Positions 48,479 to 58,824 are shown, counted from the first letter of the stretch. The stretch is 64,000 nucleotides of DNA from Candidatus Hodarchaeota archaeon (GCA_048887165.1 JBHLJZ010000009.1:693-64692); one strand, 5' to 3'. The notes: a model not told the origin generated them from the letters alone. Numbers and translations are program-made.

Positions 48479-49661
48479 ATTCCTTTCTCACATTATTATT
48501 TTGAAAATTTTCTTTTACTTTTTCAATAAACCTTTTTCTTCGAACATAAGATAAAGGATGATTAATTTTTTTATATTCATCTCTTTTTTTAATGTAATAC
48601 CCCTTTATACATATTTGATCATCATATTTTTTTGCCATACATAAATCTAAGGATTTTAATGTTTCACAAGCATGGGGGATATATTCTTTATTTTTAGCAA
48701 ATTTCACTTGATAAGTTGTCTTTTCTCTATCAAAATCAGGAAGAATTGAATAGATTTGAATAATTTCTTCAATAGGATAATTTAGGGCAAGTAAGAAGAA
48801 TAAAATAACTAATCTCTCTATATGAATTAAATTTTGCCCTTCTTTTGCTTTTAATAAAATCTCTTTCATGCATGGAGGATAGATAATATTGATATTTTCT
48901 CCTTTTATAAAACCTGCATCTTCAAAATATTCGATTTCTTCTTTCCTTTCTTTCCAAGCTGCTTCAATTTTATCATAAAGTTCTTTAAATTCTTCTATTT
49001 CAAATAAACTATCTTTGAGGGTTTTGGTTGAAGATTTATCATCATCTTCAATTTCTAATATCTTATTTCGAACATACTCTTGAATTAACCGCATTAGGTT
49101 TTTTTTCTGAATGTACACATAACCATTCTTGATAGCAATATTTACTAATTTTCTATAATCGTCCCTCAAATTATTCTCTAATTTTAAATAATCTAAGTAG
49201 TGAATTCTAAAATTAGTCTCAAGCTTTTCAGTATTTTCTTTTCTAATTTTTAGACCATATTGGAACTTCTCTTCAGAATATTGAATATCTAATTTTAATT
49301 CAGTACATATTTGATAAACATTGTAATCATTTTCTTCGATTAAGTCATAATAATTAATTTTTGAATACAGATTAGCAATTCTATTCGTAATTCGCTTATT
49401 ATCAAGTATATATAATAGTATCTTCAATAAAATATACAAATATACATTTGAATTATCTAATTTGTAGTATGAAACATTTTCCAAATTATCAAAAGCGGCT
49501 TTAAATATTTCATAAACCCTCTCAAAGATTTCATCTTTAAAATCTTTTGAAAGAATATTAGAGATAAAATCATTCGGGGATTTTTCAGCAATATCACTGT
49601 AATAATCTTTTAGTAATGGGAGCCAAGGATAATGCATAACAAGATCAAAAGAAATGCTCAA
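48465..49661 (-). CDS. priL: DNA primase large subunit PriL
   Basis: YPWLP start, YPPCMKEIL and downstream Cys residues (Fe-S domain). 14-nt overlap with priS. Confidence 0.85.
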   Translation of the reverse strand: MSISFDLVMHYPWLPLLKDYYSDIAEKSPNDFISNILSKDFKDEIFERVYEIFKAAFDNLENVSYYKLDNSNVYLYILLKILLYILDNKRITNRIANLYSKINYYDLIEENDYNVYQICTELKLDIQYSEEKFQYGLKIRKENTEKLETNFRIHYLDYLKLENNLRDDYRKLVNIAIKNGYVYIQKKNLMRLIQEYVRNKILEIEDDDKSSTKTLKDSLFEIEEFKELYDKIEAAWKERKEEIEYFEDAGFIKGENINIIYPPCMKEILLKAKEGQNLIHIERLVILFFLLALNYPIEEIIQIYSILPDFDREKTTYQVKFAKNKEYIPHACETLKSLDLCMAKKYDDQICIKGYYIKKRDEYKKINHPLSYVRRKRFIEKVKENFQNNNVRKEYEGD

Positions 49662-49766
49662 AATTTACATAATCTCCTATTGAAATTAATTTCTCTAGAA
49701 AATCATAATAATTTAATAATAAAATAATCTGAGAGTAAGGAAGTTTATTAAAATATTCAAATAGAT

Positions 49767-50573
49767 TCAAAATTCATCCATATCATCATCTTCATCTTCG
49801 AATTCAGCTTCTTCTACTCTTGGAGCAAGGAAATAACTTAATTCTCCGCCTTCTAAGATATTAAAGATCATTTTTAGAGGATTGTCCGTTTTTAATGAAA
49901 TTTCTAATTTTTCCGTAATTGGTGCAATCTTCAATATAGCTTTCAAAAAGGTAAGACTATATGCTCCGCTACTAGTTTCAGAGATATTGCTTTCTATCAA
50001 ATCATCAGTTGTTAGATTGTATTCCATTTCTCCTATTTGCCCTGAGGAACTAAAAAGTAATCCCTGATTTTCAATTGCTTTCATATTCAAAATTTCAGAA
50101 TAAATTTCAGCATCTTTTATTGCTTCAACAAGAAAATCTGCATCAATAACCCATTTAGTCGGATACTCTATTTTTAATAAATTTTCCATGGGGATTTCTT
50201 CCGTATCAATGTCTAACATTGCTAAACTAAATGTGCGGGTTCTCGTTGTTCCTTCTCTCTGCATTTTAAGTTTGATTTTTTGTTCTGTTTCTTTAAATTC
50301 AATTTCTACTGAGTCATTAGCAGCACTTCTTTTTAGAATTTTATCTAAATCATCTAAATTTAAACCAACTTTGGATTCTTTACTACATTGATATTCATCA
50401 AAATTTTCTTTTTTAATTGATAATTTTAATAAACATATGCGGCTTGGATCCATTGCAGTGATCGTAAACTCTTTAGGTGTTACTCGGAACTCAGTCTCAT
50501 CAATAATACTTGATAGCGTTTCAATAATTCCTTTTAAAATCCGACTATTTTCTAATTTTAACGTAAACGACAT
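49767..50573 (-). CDS. pcn: PCNA sliding clamp, with acidic C-terminal tail
   Basis: Typical two-domain PCNA sequence (ILKGIIETLSSIIDETEF...TAMDPSRICL...). Ends EEAEFEDEDDDMDEF. Confidence 0.9.
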   Translation of the reverse strand: MSFTLKLENSRILKGIIETLSSIIDETEFRVTPKEFTITAMDPSRICLLKLSIKKENFDEYQCSKESKVGLNLDDLDKILKRSAANDSVEIEFKETEQKIKLKMQREGTTRTRTFSLAMLDIDTEEIPMENLLKIEYPTKWVIDADFLVEAIKDAEIYSEILNMKAIENQGLLFSSSGQIGEMEYNLTTDDLIESNISETSSGAYSLTFLKAILKIAPITEKLEISLKTDNPLKMIFNILEGGELSYFLAPRVEEAEFEDEDDDMDEF

Positions 50574-50751
50574 ATTTTATCCGTACTGTAATTTATTTAC
50601 TTATTTTGCTTTTATATTAATAATGTTTTATTGGCAATATTTATAAAATTCGGTATTAGACGCTTAATAATACCTAAATTTAATTTTTAAATTAATTATT
50701 TATAGTTATCTTAAATTTTTAAAACTATACAAATAAAAAAACGTTTTTAAA

Positions 50752-51066
50752 ATGGAAAAGCAATACGCGGTACAAAGAATAATAAAAGATATACTAACCG
50801 ATGATACCAGAATTCAAATTACTGGTTATGTAAAAGAAATCATCAATGATGAATATATTATTCTCGATGATAGAACTGGTCTTATTAGAGTAATGATTAA
50901 AAATGTTGATTATTCACTCAAAAAAGATCAATTAGTAAACGTGATTGGAGAACTTCAATTGAATTTAAGTGGTGAAAAAGAAATTATAGCGGAGATTATT
51001 CAAGATATGTCCAATTTAAACTTTGAATATTATATGAAAATATATAATATTAAAAAAAGTCTCTAA
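50752..51066 (+). CDS. Small OB-fold protein (RPA/tRNA_anti-like OB)
   Basis: RIQITGYVKEI.NDEYIILDDRTGLIRVMIK......VNVIGEL is the classic OB-fold pattern seen in RPA32/Stn1-type OBs. 104 aa. Confidence 0.5.
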   Translation: MEKQYAVQRIIKDILTDDTRIQITGYVKEIINDEYIILDDRTGLIRVMIKNVDYSLKKDQLVNVIGELQLNLSGEKEIIAEIIQDMSNLNFEYYMKIYNIKKSL

Positions 51067-51074
51067 AAATTATT

Positions 51075-51431
51075 TTAATCCAAAAATTTTTGTATTTCCA
51101 GGGTATAACCATTCGGATCTTTAAGGAAGAAATGATATATTTTGAATTTTTTATTAAATTCAGGGGGCTTTGATATTTTCACTCCAGCTTTGACTAGTTT
51201 GTTATATATTTTGTCAACATCTTCAGTTATTAAAGTAATAATAGGGTTCTTTTCTTTTACTTCTACAGACAAATGGGTACAAAAACCAACTTTACCTTCA
51301 TTAGTAATATTAAAAATTTGGCAAATACCTTGATCTTTATATAATGTTAATCCTAAAACATTTTTATAAAAAAAAGAAGTTTTCTTTAAATCTTTTGTGC
51401 CTAAAAAGATTATTATTTCTTTGTAAACCAT
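51075..51431 (-). CDS. VOC/glyoxalase-family protein
   Basis: FYKNVLGL... and FFLKDPNGYTLEI at the ends of a 118-aa protein. Confidence 0.65.
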   Translation of the reverse strand: MVYKEIIIFLGTKDLKKTSFFYKNVLGLTLYKDQGICQIFNITNEGKVGFCTHLSVEVKEKNPIITLITEDVDKIYNKLVKAGVKISKPPEFNKKFKIYHFFLKDPNGYTLEIQKFLD

Positions 51432-51592
51432 GATAATCCCTTACACTTATTTTTAGAAAATATTGTGTATTAAGATTTGACAATTAAAAGAAAAACATGA
51501 TTTAATTATTTTATGGTTTAAAATAGAAAATATTATTTAGAGAGAATAATTTTCCAAATTTATAGAATAACAAATCTTAGAGTGTCGTTGCT

Positions 51593-51931
51593 ATGGTCGA
51601 GTTTTGTCCCAAATGCTCAAATCTTTTACGGAAGAAAAACATGGATGGTAAGTATTATTTGGTATGTCGATGTGGATTTCAAAAAGAGATGGAATCGAAC
51701 AAGAGAGAACTTAAAAAAGAAGCAGAAAAAAAGAATGGAGCTTTAGAAAAGAACCTATTAATTCTATCCGAAGAAGATAAAATTTCTGTGCATATTAAAG
51801 TTTTGAAGATTTGTCCTAAGTGTAATTATCGGGAAGCTGAGGCTTGGCAAGAGCAGACAAGAGGAGCAGATGAGCCAAGCACTTCCTTTTTTAGATGTGT
51901 TAAATGTAAACATACATGGCGTGAATATTGA
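51593..51931 (+). CDS. tfs: Transcription factor S (TFIIS/Rpb9-type)
   Basis: N-terminal ribbon FCPKC..CRCG. C-terminal ribbon CPKCNYREAEAWQEQTRGADEPSTSFFRCVKCKHTW with the acidic DE loop. Confidence 0.9.
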   Translation: MVEFCPKCSNLLRKKNMDGKYYLVCRCGFQKEMESNKRELKKEAEKKNGALEKNLLILSEEDKISVHIKVLKICPKCNYREAEAWQEQTRGADEPSTSFFRCVKCKHTWREY

Positions 51932-51989
51932 GTAATTTTTAAAAAGTATTAATTTAAATTAAAGTAATATCTAAGTCTATTTAATTTAT

Positions 51990-52009
51990 CGTGAAAGAGT
52001 CCTTTCACG
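51990..52009. terminator. Perfect 8-bp hairpin between the convergent tfs and beta-helix genes
   Basis: CGTGAAAG-AGTC-CTTTCACG in the 85-nt gap between two converging stop codons. Confidence 0.3.
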
Positions 52010-52016
52010 AATTTGA

Positions 52017-53861
52017 TTATGATCTTTTTTCTCGAAATATCCAAGCAAGTAATAAGATTATACAAATTGGTATTAAAAAAGTGATTATATTTTGTGTTGA
52101 GATTCGTGTATTTCCACATATATTTCCGTAATAGAAGTTAGGTTCACTGTTATCATCTTGAATATAACAAAATTCATTATTGAATAAGATATTCTGTATT
52201 ATAGAATTATGAATAGACCCATGAGAAAGTTGAATACCATTTAGATTATTGAAAATATTATTATTTTTAATTAAGATATATTTAGAGAAAGCCAATTGTA
52301 CCCCATCAAAATTATTTCCTTTAACATCATTATAGCAAACAGAACTATTTTCAACAGAGTTTAAAAAAACTCCTCTCACACCATTACTTATTATACTGTT
52401 ATGTAAAATTGAAGCATTTTCACATCTTCTTATTGTGATGCCATTATAAATATTATTGCTTAGCGTATTATTGATAAGATATATTTTATCAGATAGATCT
52501 ATATTAATTCCATCATTGATATTGTAATTCATTTGATTATTAACAAGCATTATTTTTGATCCATACCTTATAACTATACCACTAATTTCATTTTTATTAG
52601 AAATGCATTCTTTAATTTCAATATCTTTACATTGCCATAAAAAGATACCATATTGACAGCTTGAGGCGCTGATAAACGAAACGGTATTGTTCGAGCAGCG
52701 TTCTAAATAGATTCCAACGGAAGATTGAGACACGCAGAATTTAGAAATTATTGAATGATTACAATTAATTAAAATTATTTGTCCTGCGTTTGAAAAATTT
52801 TCTGAATTTAGAAAGTTAACATTTTTATAATAATATAATGGCTTATTATTAACAACGTTAGTTATATCTATGAATTGCGTATATAATCCAAAATAATCAA
52901 GAAGGATTCCACAATTATTCATTTGATTTCCTGTAAAGTTATTTTTATCCCCATTTACGATGATCCCCCATTTACAATTATTTATTTTATTGCCTATCAG
53001 TTGATTGGAGTCTGTTACATCTAAATTAATACCATACTCACCGTTGTTAACGCGATTATTTATAATTGAATTATTGTATGAAAGCCTTAAGAACATTCCT
53101 TCGTGAATTTGATTCAAATTAACAATAGAATTATTTCTTATTATGTTGTAAGTTAAATCGTATCCAAAAAATGCGATATATCTATCCCAAGCAGGATGTA
53201 TATAATATTTATCATTATTTTCAATAATATTTCCAGTGATATTGCAAAATGACCCAAATCTTGAATATAGTCCAAAATAAGTACAATCTATAATAATGTT
53301 TGATATAAATCCAATATATTGTGAATTAATAGAATAAAATCCATAAGGATTATCTTTTAAATAATTTGAGAAAATATTTAGATGTGAACAATTGTTTAAA
53401 ATTATAGCTTGATAATATAAATTAATACTATTATTATATATCATTCCATTTGATACATTCTTTAGAACAATACCATGGAACATATGCCCAATAATACCAG
53501 TTAAATTACAATATCTTATTTTAAAATAATCGTTACTATTTTCAATTGTAATAAAAGCTCCTTCAAATTGATTTATTATTCTTATATATTCAATGATAAA
53601 AGGATCAAGAATTGTACCTGAGCCTTTACACCAGTCATAGGATGAATTAGTTTCTGTCCAATTATTATTTATATGAATTTTATATGAAATTATATTTTCA
53701 CTTGAATAGCTTGGAACTTCTTTATATCTTAAATCATCTACTTTCGCTGTATTATTTTGGTTTAAATCGATTAAATTTGCCTGATAAATATTCAATGGAA
53801 TAAGGATTATAAAATTTAGAGTTAAAAAAGTAAAAATTAATATCGTTTTGTTTATCTTCAT
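52017..53861 (-). CDS. Surface protein with right-handed parallel beta-helix (PbH1/NosD-like) repeats and a C-terminal TM anchor
   Basis: N-terminal signal/TM. Many ~22-aa N-x-I/N-N-S-I repeats. C-terminal hydrophobic helix followed by REKRS. Many sequons. Confidence 0.7.
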   Translation of the reverse strand: MKINKTILIFTFLTLNFIILIPLNIYQANLIDLNQNNTAKVDDLRYKEVPSYSSENIISYKIHINNNWTETNSSYDWCKGSGTILDPFIIEYIRIINQFEGAFITIENSNDYFKIRYCNLTGIIGHMFHGIVLKNVSNGMIYNNSINLYYQAIILNNCSHLNIFSNYLKDNPYGFYSINSQYIGFISNIIIDCTYFGLYSRFGSFCNITGNIIENNDKYYIHPAWDRYIAFFGYDLTYNIIRNNSIVNLNQIHEGMFLRLSYNNSIINNRVNNGEYGINLDVTDSNQLIGNKINNCKWGIIVNGDKNNFTGNQMNNCGILLDYFGLYTQFIDITNVVNNKPLYYYKNVNFLNSENFSNAGQIILINCNHSIISKFCVSQSSVGIYLERCSNNTVSFISASSCQYGIFLWQCKDIEIKECISNKNEISGIVIRYGSKIMLVNNQMNYNINDGINIDLSDKIYLINNTLSNNIYNGITIRRCENASILHNSIISNGVRGVFLNSVENSSVCYNDVKGNNFDGVQLAFSKYILIKNNNIFNNLNGIQLSHGSIHNSIIQNILFNNEFCYIQDDNSEPNFYYGNICGNTRISTQNIITFLIPICIILLLAWIFREKRS

Positions 53862-53983
53862 TTAAATTCTTTATTTAAACTTAATTAAATTAAATTGAGT
53901 TAAATCAATTTATTTAATTTACTCTATTTCTGACAAAAATTTAGTATAGTATTAATTTTTTTTTAGTCCAAATAAGAATAGTT

Positions 53984-54190
53984 TTAGGAAAGAACTTCTA
54001 ATATCTTAGTTAAAATACGGGCTTTACCCCCAGTTGATTGTAATAAAGTCTTTCCACACACTAAACATTCAACATCGGTTGCAGCACAGCCAAAAACTAT
54101 TTGTTGATTGCCACAGTTCAAACATTTTACTCTTAAAAATCTGCTTTTTGGTTGTGGAATTAACTCGCTTAACTTTTTCGCTTTTGTCAT
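53984..54190 (-). CDS. rps27e: Ribosomal protein S27e
   Basis: [34 protein letters not shown]. The ATG at 54190 gives a family-typical length; the track ORF extends to the GTG at 54202. Confidence 0.85.
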   Translation of the reverse strand: MTKAKKLSELIPQPKSRFLRVKCLNCGNQQIVFGCAATDVECLVCGKTLLQSTGGKARILTKILEVLS

Positions 54191-54204
54191 AAATAATATC
54201 ACTT

Positions 54205-54486
54205 CTATACTTCCTGTAATTCTAATCTTTTTACTCTATATGATTTAGCATACTGCTTTTTTCCACATTCAGAACATTCAAGCAGGGGTGTCGTTTTTTT
54301 GTTTAATTTAGCGTTCTTATGAAAGATCTCTTTGGGAAAGCTTCCATAGCCTTTTTTCTTTCTTTCCACTCTCCTACGACCCTGATTTAGCATTCTTTCT
54401 TTTCCCTTCTTATAAAGAGCCACATTATGTTTTGTATGTGATCTACATTTTGGGCAATATCTATTTATAGTTCTGGGATACTTCAA
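54205..54486 (-). CDS. rpl44e: Ribosomal protein L44e
   Basis: [10 protein letters not shown]...[12 protein letters not shown]...CSECGKK. TTG start. Confidence 0.85.
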   Translation of the reverse strand: MKYPRTINRYCPKCRSHTKHNVALYKKGKERMLNQGRRRVERKKKGYGSFPKEIFHKNAKLNKKTTPLLECSECGKKQYAKSYRVKRLELQEV

Positions 54487-54644
54487 TTTCTCTGTACCAT
54501 GAGCTTCTAGATTATATTTATTAATTATTTATAAATTTTAAACTTTATTAGTACTATTTAATTTCTGTAATAGATAAGTTCCATTTAATAAAAAATAATT
54601 TAAATTTTACTTACATACTTTTAATAAAACTTATATTAAGAATT

Positions 54645-55568
54645 ATGACATTTAAAGACAAATTTAAGGAAGGCATCATAACTGCTAAAGACTTTTCACG
54701 AGAAGATATAGAATATATTTTGAAGAAAGCAAAAGAGATGATAAAGAATAAGAGATATTCAGATCTCCTTAAAAATAAAATATTAGCGACTCTTTTTTTT
54801 GAACCTTCCACAAGAACTCGTTTAAGTTTCGAATCAGCAATGTATAGACTTGGTGGTAACGTAATAGGTTTCCATTCGGGTGATGTCTCTTCAATTAAGA
54901 AAGGCGAGAGTATCGCAGATACGATTAGGACTGTAGAAAATTATAGTGATGGAATAGTGATTAGACATAATCTAGAAGGCGCAGCAACTTTAGCAGCTAA
55001 ATTTTCCAAGGTACCGATAATAAATGCTGGATCGGGAAGTGGTGAACATCCCACTCAAGCTCTCTTAGACATATTAACCATAACAGAAGAAGGTGGAAGT
55101 TTAGATGGTATCAATATTGGAATTATGGGGGATCTAAAATATGGACGAACAGTTCACTCTCTCGCAATATTATTATCAAATTATGATCCTAATATCTATT
55201 TCATTAGCCCAAAGGAATTAATGTTAAGAAATAGAGATAAAGAATTTTTACTGCATAGAAATGTAAAATATAAAGAAATAACTCAATATCGAACCGTAAT
55301 TAAGATTTTAGACATTCTTTATGTTACAAGAATTCAAAAGGAGCGATTTGCTGATGTTGAGGAATATGATAGAGTGAAAGGATCTTACATTTTTACAAAG
55401 GAAGATTTAAAAGACACTAAAGAGAATTTTAGAATAATGCATCCTCTACCAAGAGTAACTGAAATTTCTCCTGAAATTGATAACTCGCCAAAATCAATTT
55501 ACTTTAAACAAACTTATTATGGAATCCCTATGAGAATGGCGATCTTAGCTGAATTATTAGCTGATTAA
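54645..55568 (+). CDS. pyrB: Aspartate carbamoyltransferase catalytic subunit
   Basis: STRTR, HPTQ, HPLPR, 307 aa. Confidence 0.95.
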   Translation: MTFKDKFKEGIITAKDFSREDIEYILKKAKEMIKNKRYSDLLKNKILATLFFEPSTRTRLSFESAMYRLGGNVIGFHSGDVSSIKKGESIADTIRTVENYSDGIVIRHNLEGAATLAAKFSKVPIINAGSGSGEHPTQALLDILTITEEGGSLDGINIGIMGDLKYGRTVHSLAILLSNYDPNIYFISPKELMLRNRDKEFLLHRNVKYKEITQYRTVIKILDILYVTRIQKERFADVEEYDRVKGSYIFTKEDLKDTKENFRIMHPLPRVTEISPEIDNSPKSIYFKQTYYGIPMRMAILAELLAD

Positions 55569-55586
55569 ACTTTACATCAATATAAC

Positions 55587-57572
55587 TTAATTTTGTTCTT
55601 TAAAAGAGAATGCTCTCAATTCTGATTTAATTAAGAGCTTTATTATAGAATTTAATTTTATCATGTCTGAATTTAAAATACAATTAAATACAATGCCTCC
55701 ATCAAGAATATTCTGAAATCTTTTAAATAATCTAACTTTCTTTTCTACTGATAGATTTGCGTCATTTCTTACAATTTCCATGCAATACTTTGTAGGATCT
55801 TTTGATAAATTGGTATTATTAAAATAAATTGAATCAGACAAATAGCTATCTTTATGTGGTTGGCAAAATACAAATTTTTCTTGTTCATTTTCATTTTTTT
55901 CGTTAATAGAATCCTTTAATAAAGTTAAAATTTCCAGACCAAAAGTTTCACTTGATTCAATTCTATCTAGCTCAATTCCACAATGATATTTTATCGCTTG
56001 ATTTAAACCAAAAAAACTTATTGCTTTCATAGAAGTATTAGTCCATTCACTATTTTCTTTATTAAAAAATTCGGAAACCAGAAAATTCCAATCATATATT
56101 GATTTTAATTTTTTACGTGTTAGTTTTTTTTTAATTTCAAAAAGTTTGAATACAGATTTTAACTTTTCAAGTAGAAGATCATAAAAAAGAGTATCATTCT
56201 GTTTTGATTGGAGAGCAATTGCATGTAAATTAATTAAAATCTTATCTAAAATTATTTGATTATTATGAGAACCATCTTTTTCATGCAATACAGGGTTAAT
56301 AATCGTTGAATTTAAGAGAAATGAATTATTATTCCTATAAAATACTAGATCATCGAATAATGAATAAAATTCAATTTCATTCTGAAAAACCTCATTCTTC
56401 AAAAATGAATAGTCAAATAATAGAGATGGATTTTTCAGATTTTTATATAACTTATCATTAGAGTTAAAAAAGTTTAAAAATTGCTTGTTATTCTCAACTT
56501 TGAAAGATTTTGGGTTATTAATTTCGTTATATGTAAATTCTAAAGTTAAATGAGACTTATCATCATAATAACGGTTATTAAGACTGAATATCTGTGGTAT
56601 TAAGACTCTCTCAATAGGAGATTTATTATTAATAATTTGAAAAAGTGAAAGAAAATCTCCATTAAAATTCCCTAATAAGATATCCTCGGAGAAGTATGGA
56701 TTAAATCTGCTTAAAATTTCAAAAAATTTAAGGATTATATCATTTAAATCTAGAACGTTATCAATTTTATTCACATTGAGTGAATACGTTTTTGAAATGA
56801 AATCTAATATTGAACTACAACTAAGATAAAAACCCAAAGGTCTTAAACTCCAATAATTTAAATTTAGCAATGCTATCTCTCCGGATAAATATAAATCAGC
56901 TAAATCTTTAGGTAATAAGTTTAGTAATAAAAACTGTTCTGATGCATCAGATCCCAATTTATTTAGAAACAATTCTGGGTTTAAGTTTGAATTTTCGAAA
57001 TTTTTTAAGGCTTCATAAGGCGGAGTCCCTAAACGGGTTAATTTGTGTCTAATTTCTTCTAATCCATTTTCTAATAAAATTCCATTAATATATTCTCTCA
57101 TTAAAGGAGCTGTAAGATATTCTATATTCGTTTTCGAAAGTCTTTCTTCTACTTCATTGGCAATTTGTTTTGCGAGAAATCTCTCTACTTGCCCTTCCTT
57201 AATTAGATACTCTTCTATTTTTTTTACATTAAAAGGCTCTTTTGAGTATTTTGAAGTTCTAATCATTATTGTCCTATTTTGATCGTTAAGAATCTTTTCG
57301 ATTGATAATATATTTTTTAAGACTTGTTTTCCTAGAAAATTAAGAATATATCCATCTTCCGAAGAATCGATGTAATTGCTATTTTTTAAAGCTTTAAGAT
57401 GGAAAGAAAAATTTATTGAACCAGGATAATTACCTAATACTTCTTTTTGCAATGCTGAAAAAGATAGTGGTCTACGAACATTATTTAATTTCTTTAAAAT
57501 ATCTATTCTAACTCTTTGACCAAGTATTTTAAGATGTTTTTCTAAATTGTCTATATTTATGTCGGCATCCAC
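55587..57572 (-). CDS. wHTH + ATP-cone + degenerate class III RNR (NrdD)-like domain protein
   Basis: ArsR-like wHTH (RVRIDILKKL...SFSALQKEV...FHLKALKNSNYI). ATP-cone (IMIRTSKYSKEPFNVKKIEEYLIKEG...LTAPLMREYINGILLENG). LADLYLSGEIALLNLN occupies the position of the NrdD motif aH.sGdIHiHDl. No glycyl-radical C-terminus. Confidence 0.5.
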   Translation of the reverse strand: MDADINIDNLEKHLKILGQRVRIDILKKLNNVRRPLSFSALQKEVLGNYPGSINFSFHLKALKNSNYIDSSEDGYILNFLGKQVLKNILSIEKILNDQNRTIMIRTSKYSKEPFNVKKIEEYLIKEGQVERFLAKQIANEVEERLSKTNIEYLTAPLMREYINGILLENGLEEIRHKLTRLGTPPYEALKNFENSNLNPELFLNKLGSDASEQFLLLNLLPKDLADLYLSGEIALLNLNYWSLRPLGFYLSCSSILDFISKTYSLNVNKIDNVLDLNDIILKFFEILSRFNPYFSEDILLGNFNGDFLSLFQIINNKSPIERVLIPQIFSLNNRYYDDKSHLTLEFTYNEINNPKSFKVENNKQFLNFFNSNDKLYKNLKNPSLLFDYSFLKNEVFQNEIEFYSLFDDLVFYRNNNSFLLNSTIINPVLHEKDGSHNNQIILDKILINLHAIALQSKQNDTLFYDLLLEKLKSVFKLFEIKKKLTRKKLKSIYDWNFLVSEFFNKENSEWTNTSMKAISFFGLNQAIKYHCGIELDRIESSETFGLEILTLLKDSINEKNENEQEKFVFCQPHKDSYLSDSIYFNNTNLSKDPTKYCMEIVRNDANLSVEKKVRLFKRFQNILDGGIVFNCILNSDMIKLNSIIKLLIKSELRAFSFKEQN

Positions 57573-57736
57573 TTTTCTTATAAGAATTTATCTTCTTGCT
57601 AAAAAATGCTTAACTAAATTATGATTTTATCGGTATATAAAAATTTGGGAATTTTGCGTATCAAATATTAATGCTGATAATATCTAGGTGATATTAAATT
57701 ATAAATAGAAAAAATTTGGTAAATTTCTCTATGAAC

Positions 57737-57964
57737 TTATAATTTTACTCCACAATTCTGACAAAAATAAGCATAATCTGTATGAATCTCTTTACAATTA
57801 TTACATATTAACACATTCTTAATACTTTGAATGTTGTTATTGATTTCTTCTATAATTTCCTTAATAGCTTCTTTATAGTATTCCTTTGGATTTTTATTTC
57901 GAAAATCCTCAGTTTCAACCAACCAGTTTCTTTTTTTAAGTGCTTTCATTAAAGTTTTCCTCAA
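57737..57964 (-). CDS. Small Zn-ribbon protein (75 aa)
   Basis: C-terminal CNNCKEIH...FCQNCG ribbon after a helical, basic N-terminus. Confidence 0.4.
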   Translation of the reverse strand: MRKTLMKALKKRNWLVETEDFRNKNPKEYYKEAIKEIIEEINNNIQSIKNVLICNNCKEIHTDYAYFCQNCGVKL

Positions 57965-58192
57965 TTAATATGAAATTTAATTATAATTAATCCCCAATTG
58001 ATAAACTACTAATTTATTATTTAAATGAAACTGGTAAATCAATGAACTATAAGATACTCAAAGAATAATATATATTAATATAATCATCCATTTTTTGAAA
58101 TAATTAGAAATTTACTAATATTTTCAAGAAAAGAATAAAATTTTTGATAATAATAACTAACAAATAATAGAATTTAATAATCAAGTATTGTA

Positions 58193-58816
58193 CTATCGTG
58201 CTGAAACGGCAATTCTTTCAATTTCATCTTTTCTTTTGACCGCTCTTGACTCTTGACTATTTTTTGCGGCCATTATTAATTCTTGTGCTAAATTAGATTC
58301 AAAGATTCTTTCGCTAGAATGTGACCTTGCACCTATTGCTTGAACCAAATACTTAATTGCCAAATCAACTCTTCTCTGAGGGGATATGTCTACTGCTGAA
58401 GCATAGCTAATTCCGCCCATTGCTATCTTGGTAGTTTCTTCCCTTGGTGCGGCATTGCAAATCGCGTCTACTAAAACTTGGATGGGATTTTCACCCGTAT
58501 TTAATTCTACTAGTTTAAAAGCTGCTTTTAAACTTTTAATCAACTTACTTTTTTTTCCGGAACTATAAGAACTTTTATGACCTTTAATTTTCGAGCTAAT
58601 AAATCCAGGAGCCAGAAGTCTATTAGTAAATCTTTCGATTATCGAAACTCGTGAAGTTTTCCAAAATCTTCTATGTTCATGTCTTCCTGCTGAATGTGGA
58701 ACTATTATTGGTCGTAGGTTAATATATCTTTCTAAAGTCCAATCACTAACCTCTACACCATCGAAAGGCCACTCATTGAATAGTTTAACATCTTTTTTAG
58801 TTTTACTCATATCCAA
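58193..58816 (-). CDS. rps7: Ribosomal protein S7
   Basis: Archaeal S7/S5e pattern (AICNAAPREETTKIAMGGISYASAVDISPQRRVDLAI). Follows S12. Confidence 0.9.
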   Translation of the reverse strand: MDMSKTKKDVKLFNEWPFDGVEVSDWTLERYINLRPIIVPHSAGRHEHRRFWKTSRVSIIERFTNRLLAPGFISSKIKGHKSSYSSGKKSKLIKSLKAAFKLVELNTGENPIQVLVDAICNAAPREETTKIAMGGISYASAVDISPQRRVDLAIKYLVQAIGARSHSSERIFESNLAQELIMAAKNSQESRAVKRKDEIERIAVSAR

Positions 58817-58824
58817 TTACCTTT

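Noticed and set aside
49882-50646. Three plus-strand ORFs opposite PCNA (49882.., 50188.., 50437..)
   Set aside because: They are antisense to an unambiguous PCNA gene, and their products are S/I/L-rich translations of the reverse frame.
54611-54811. A 66-aa minus-strand ORF overlapping the pyrB start
   Set aside because: It overlaps the conserved N-terminus of PyrB and the divergent promoter region, and has no motif.
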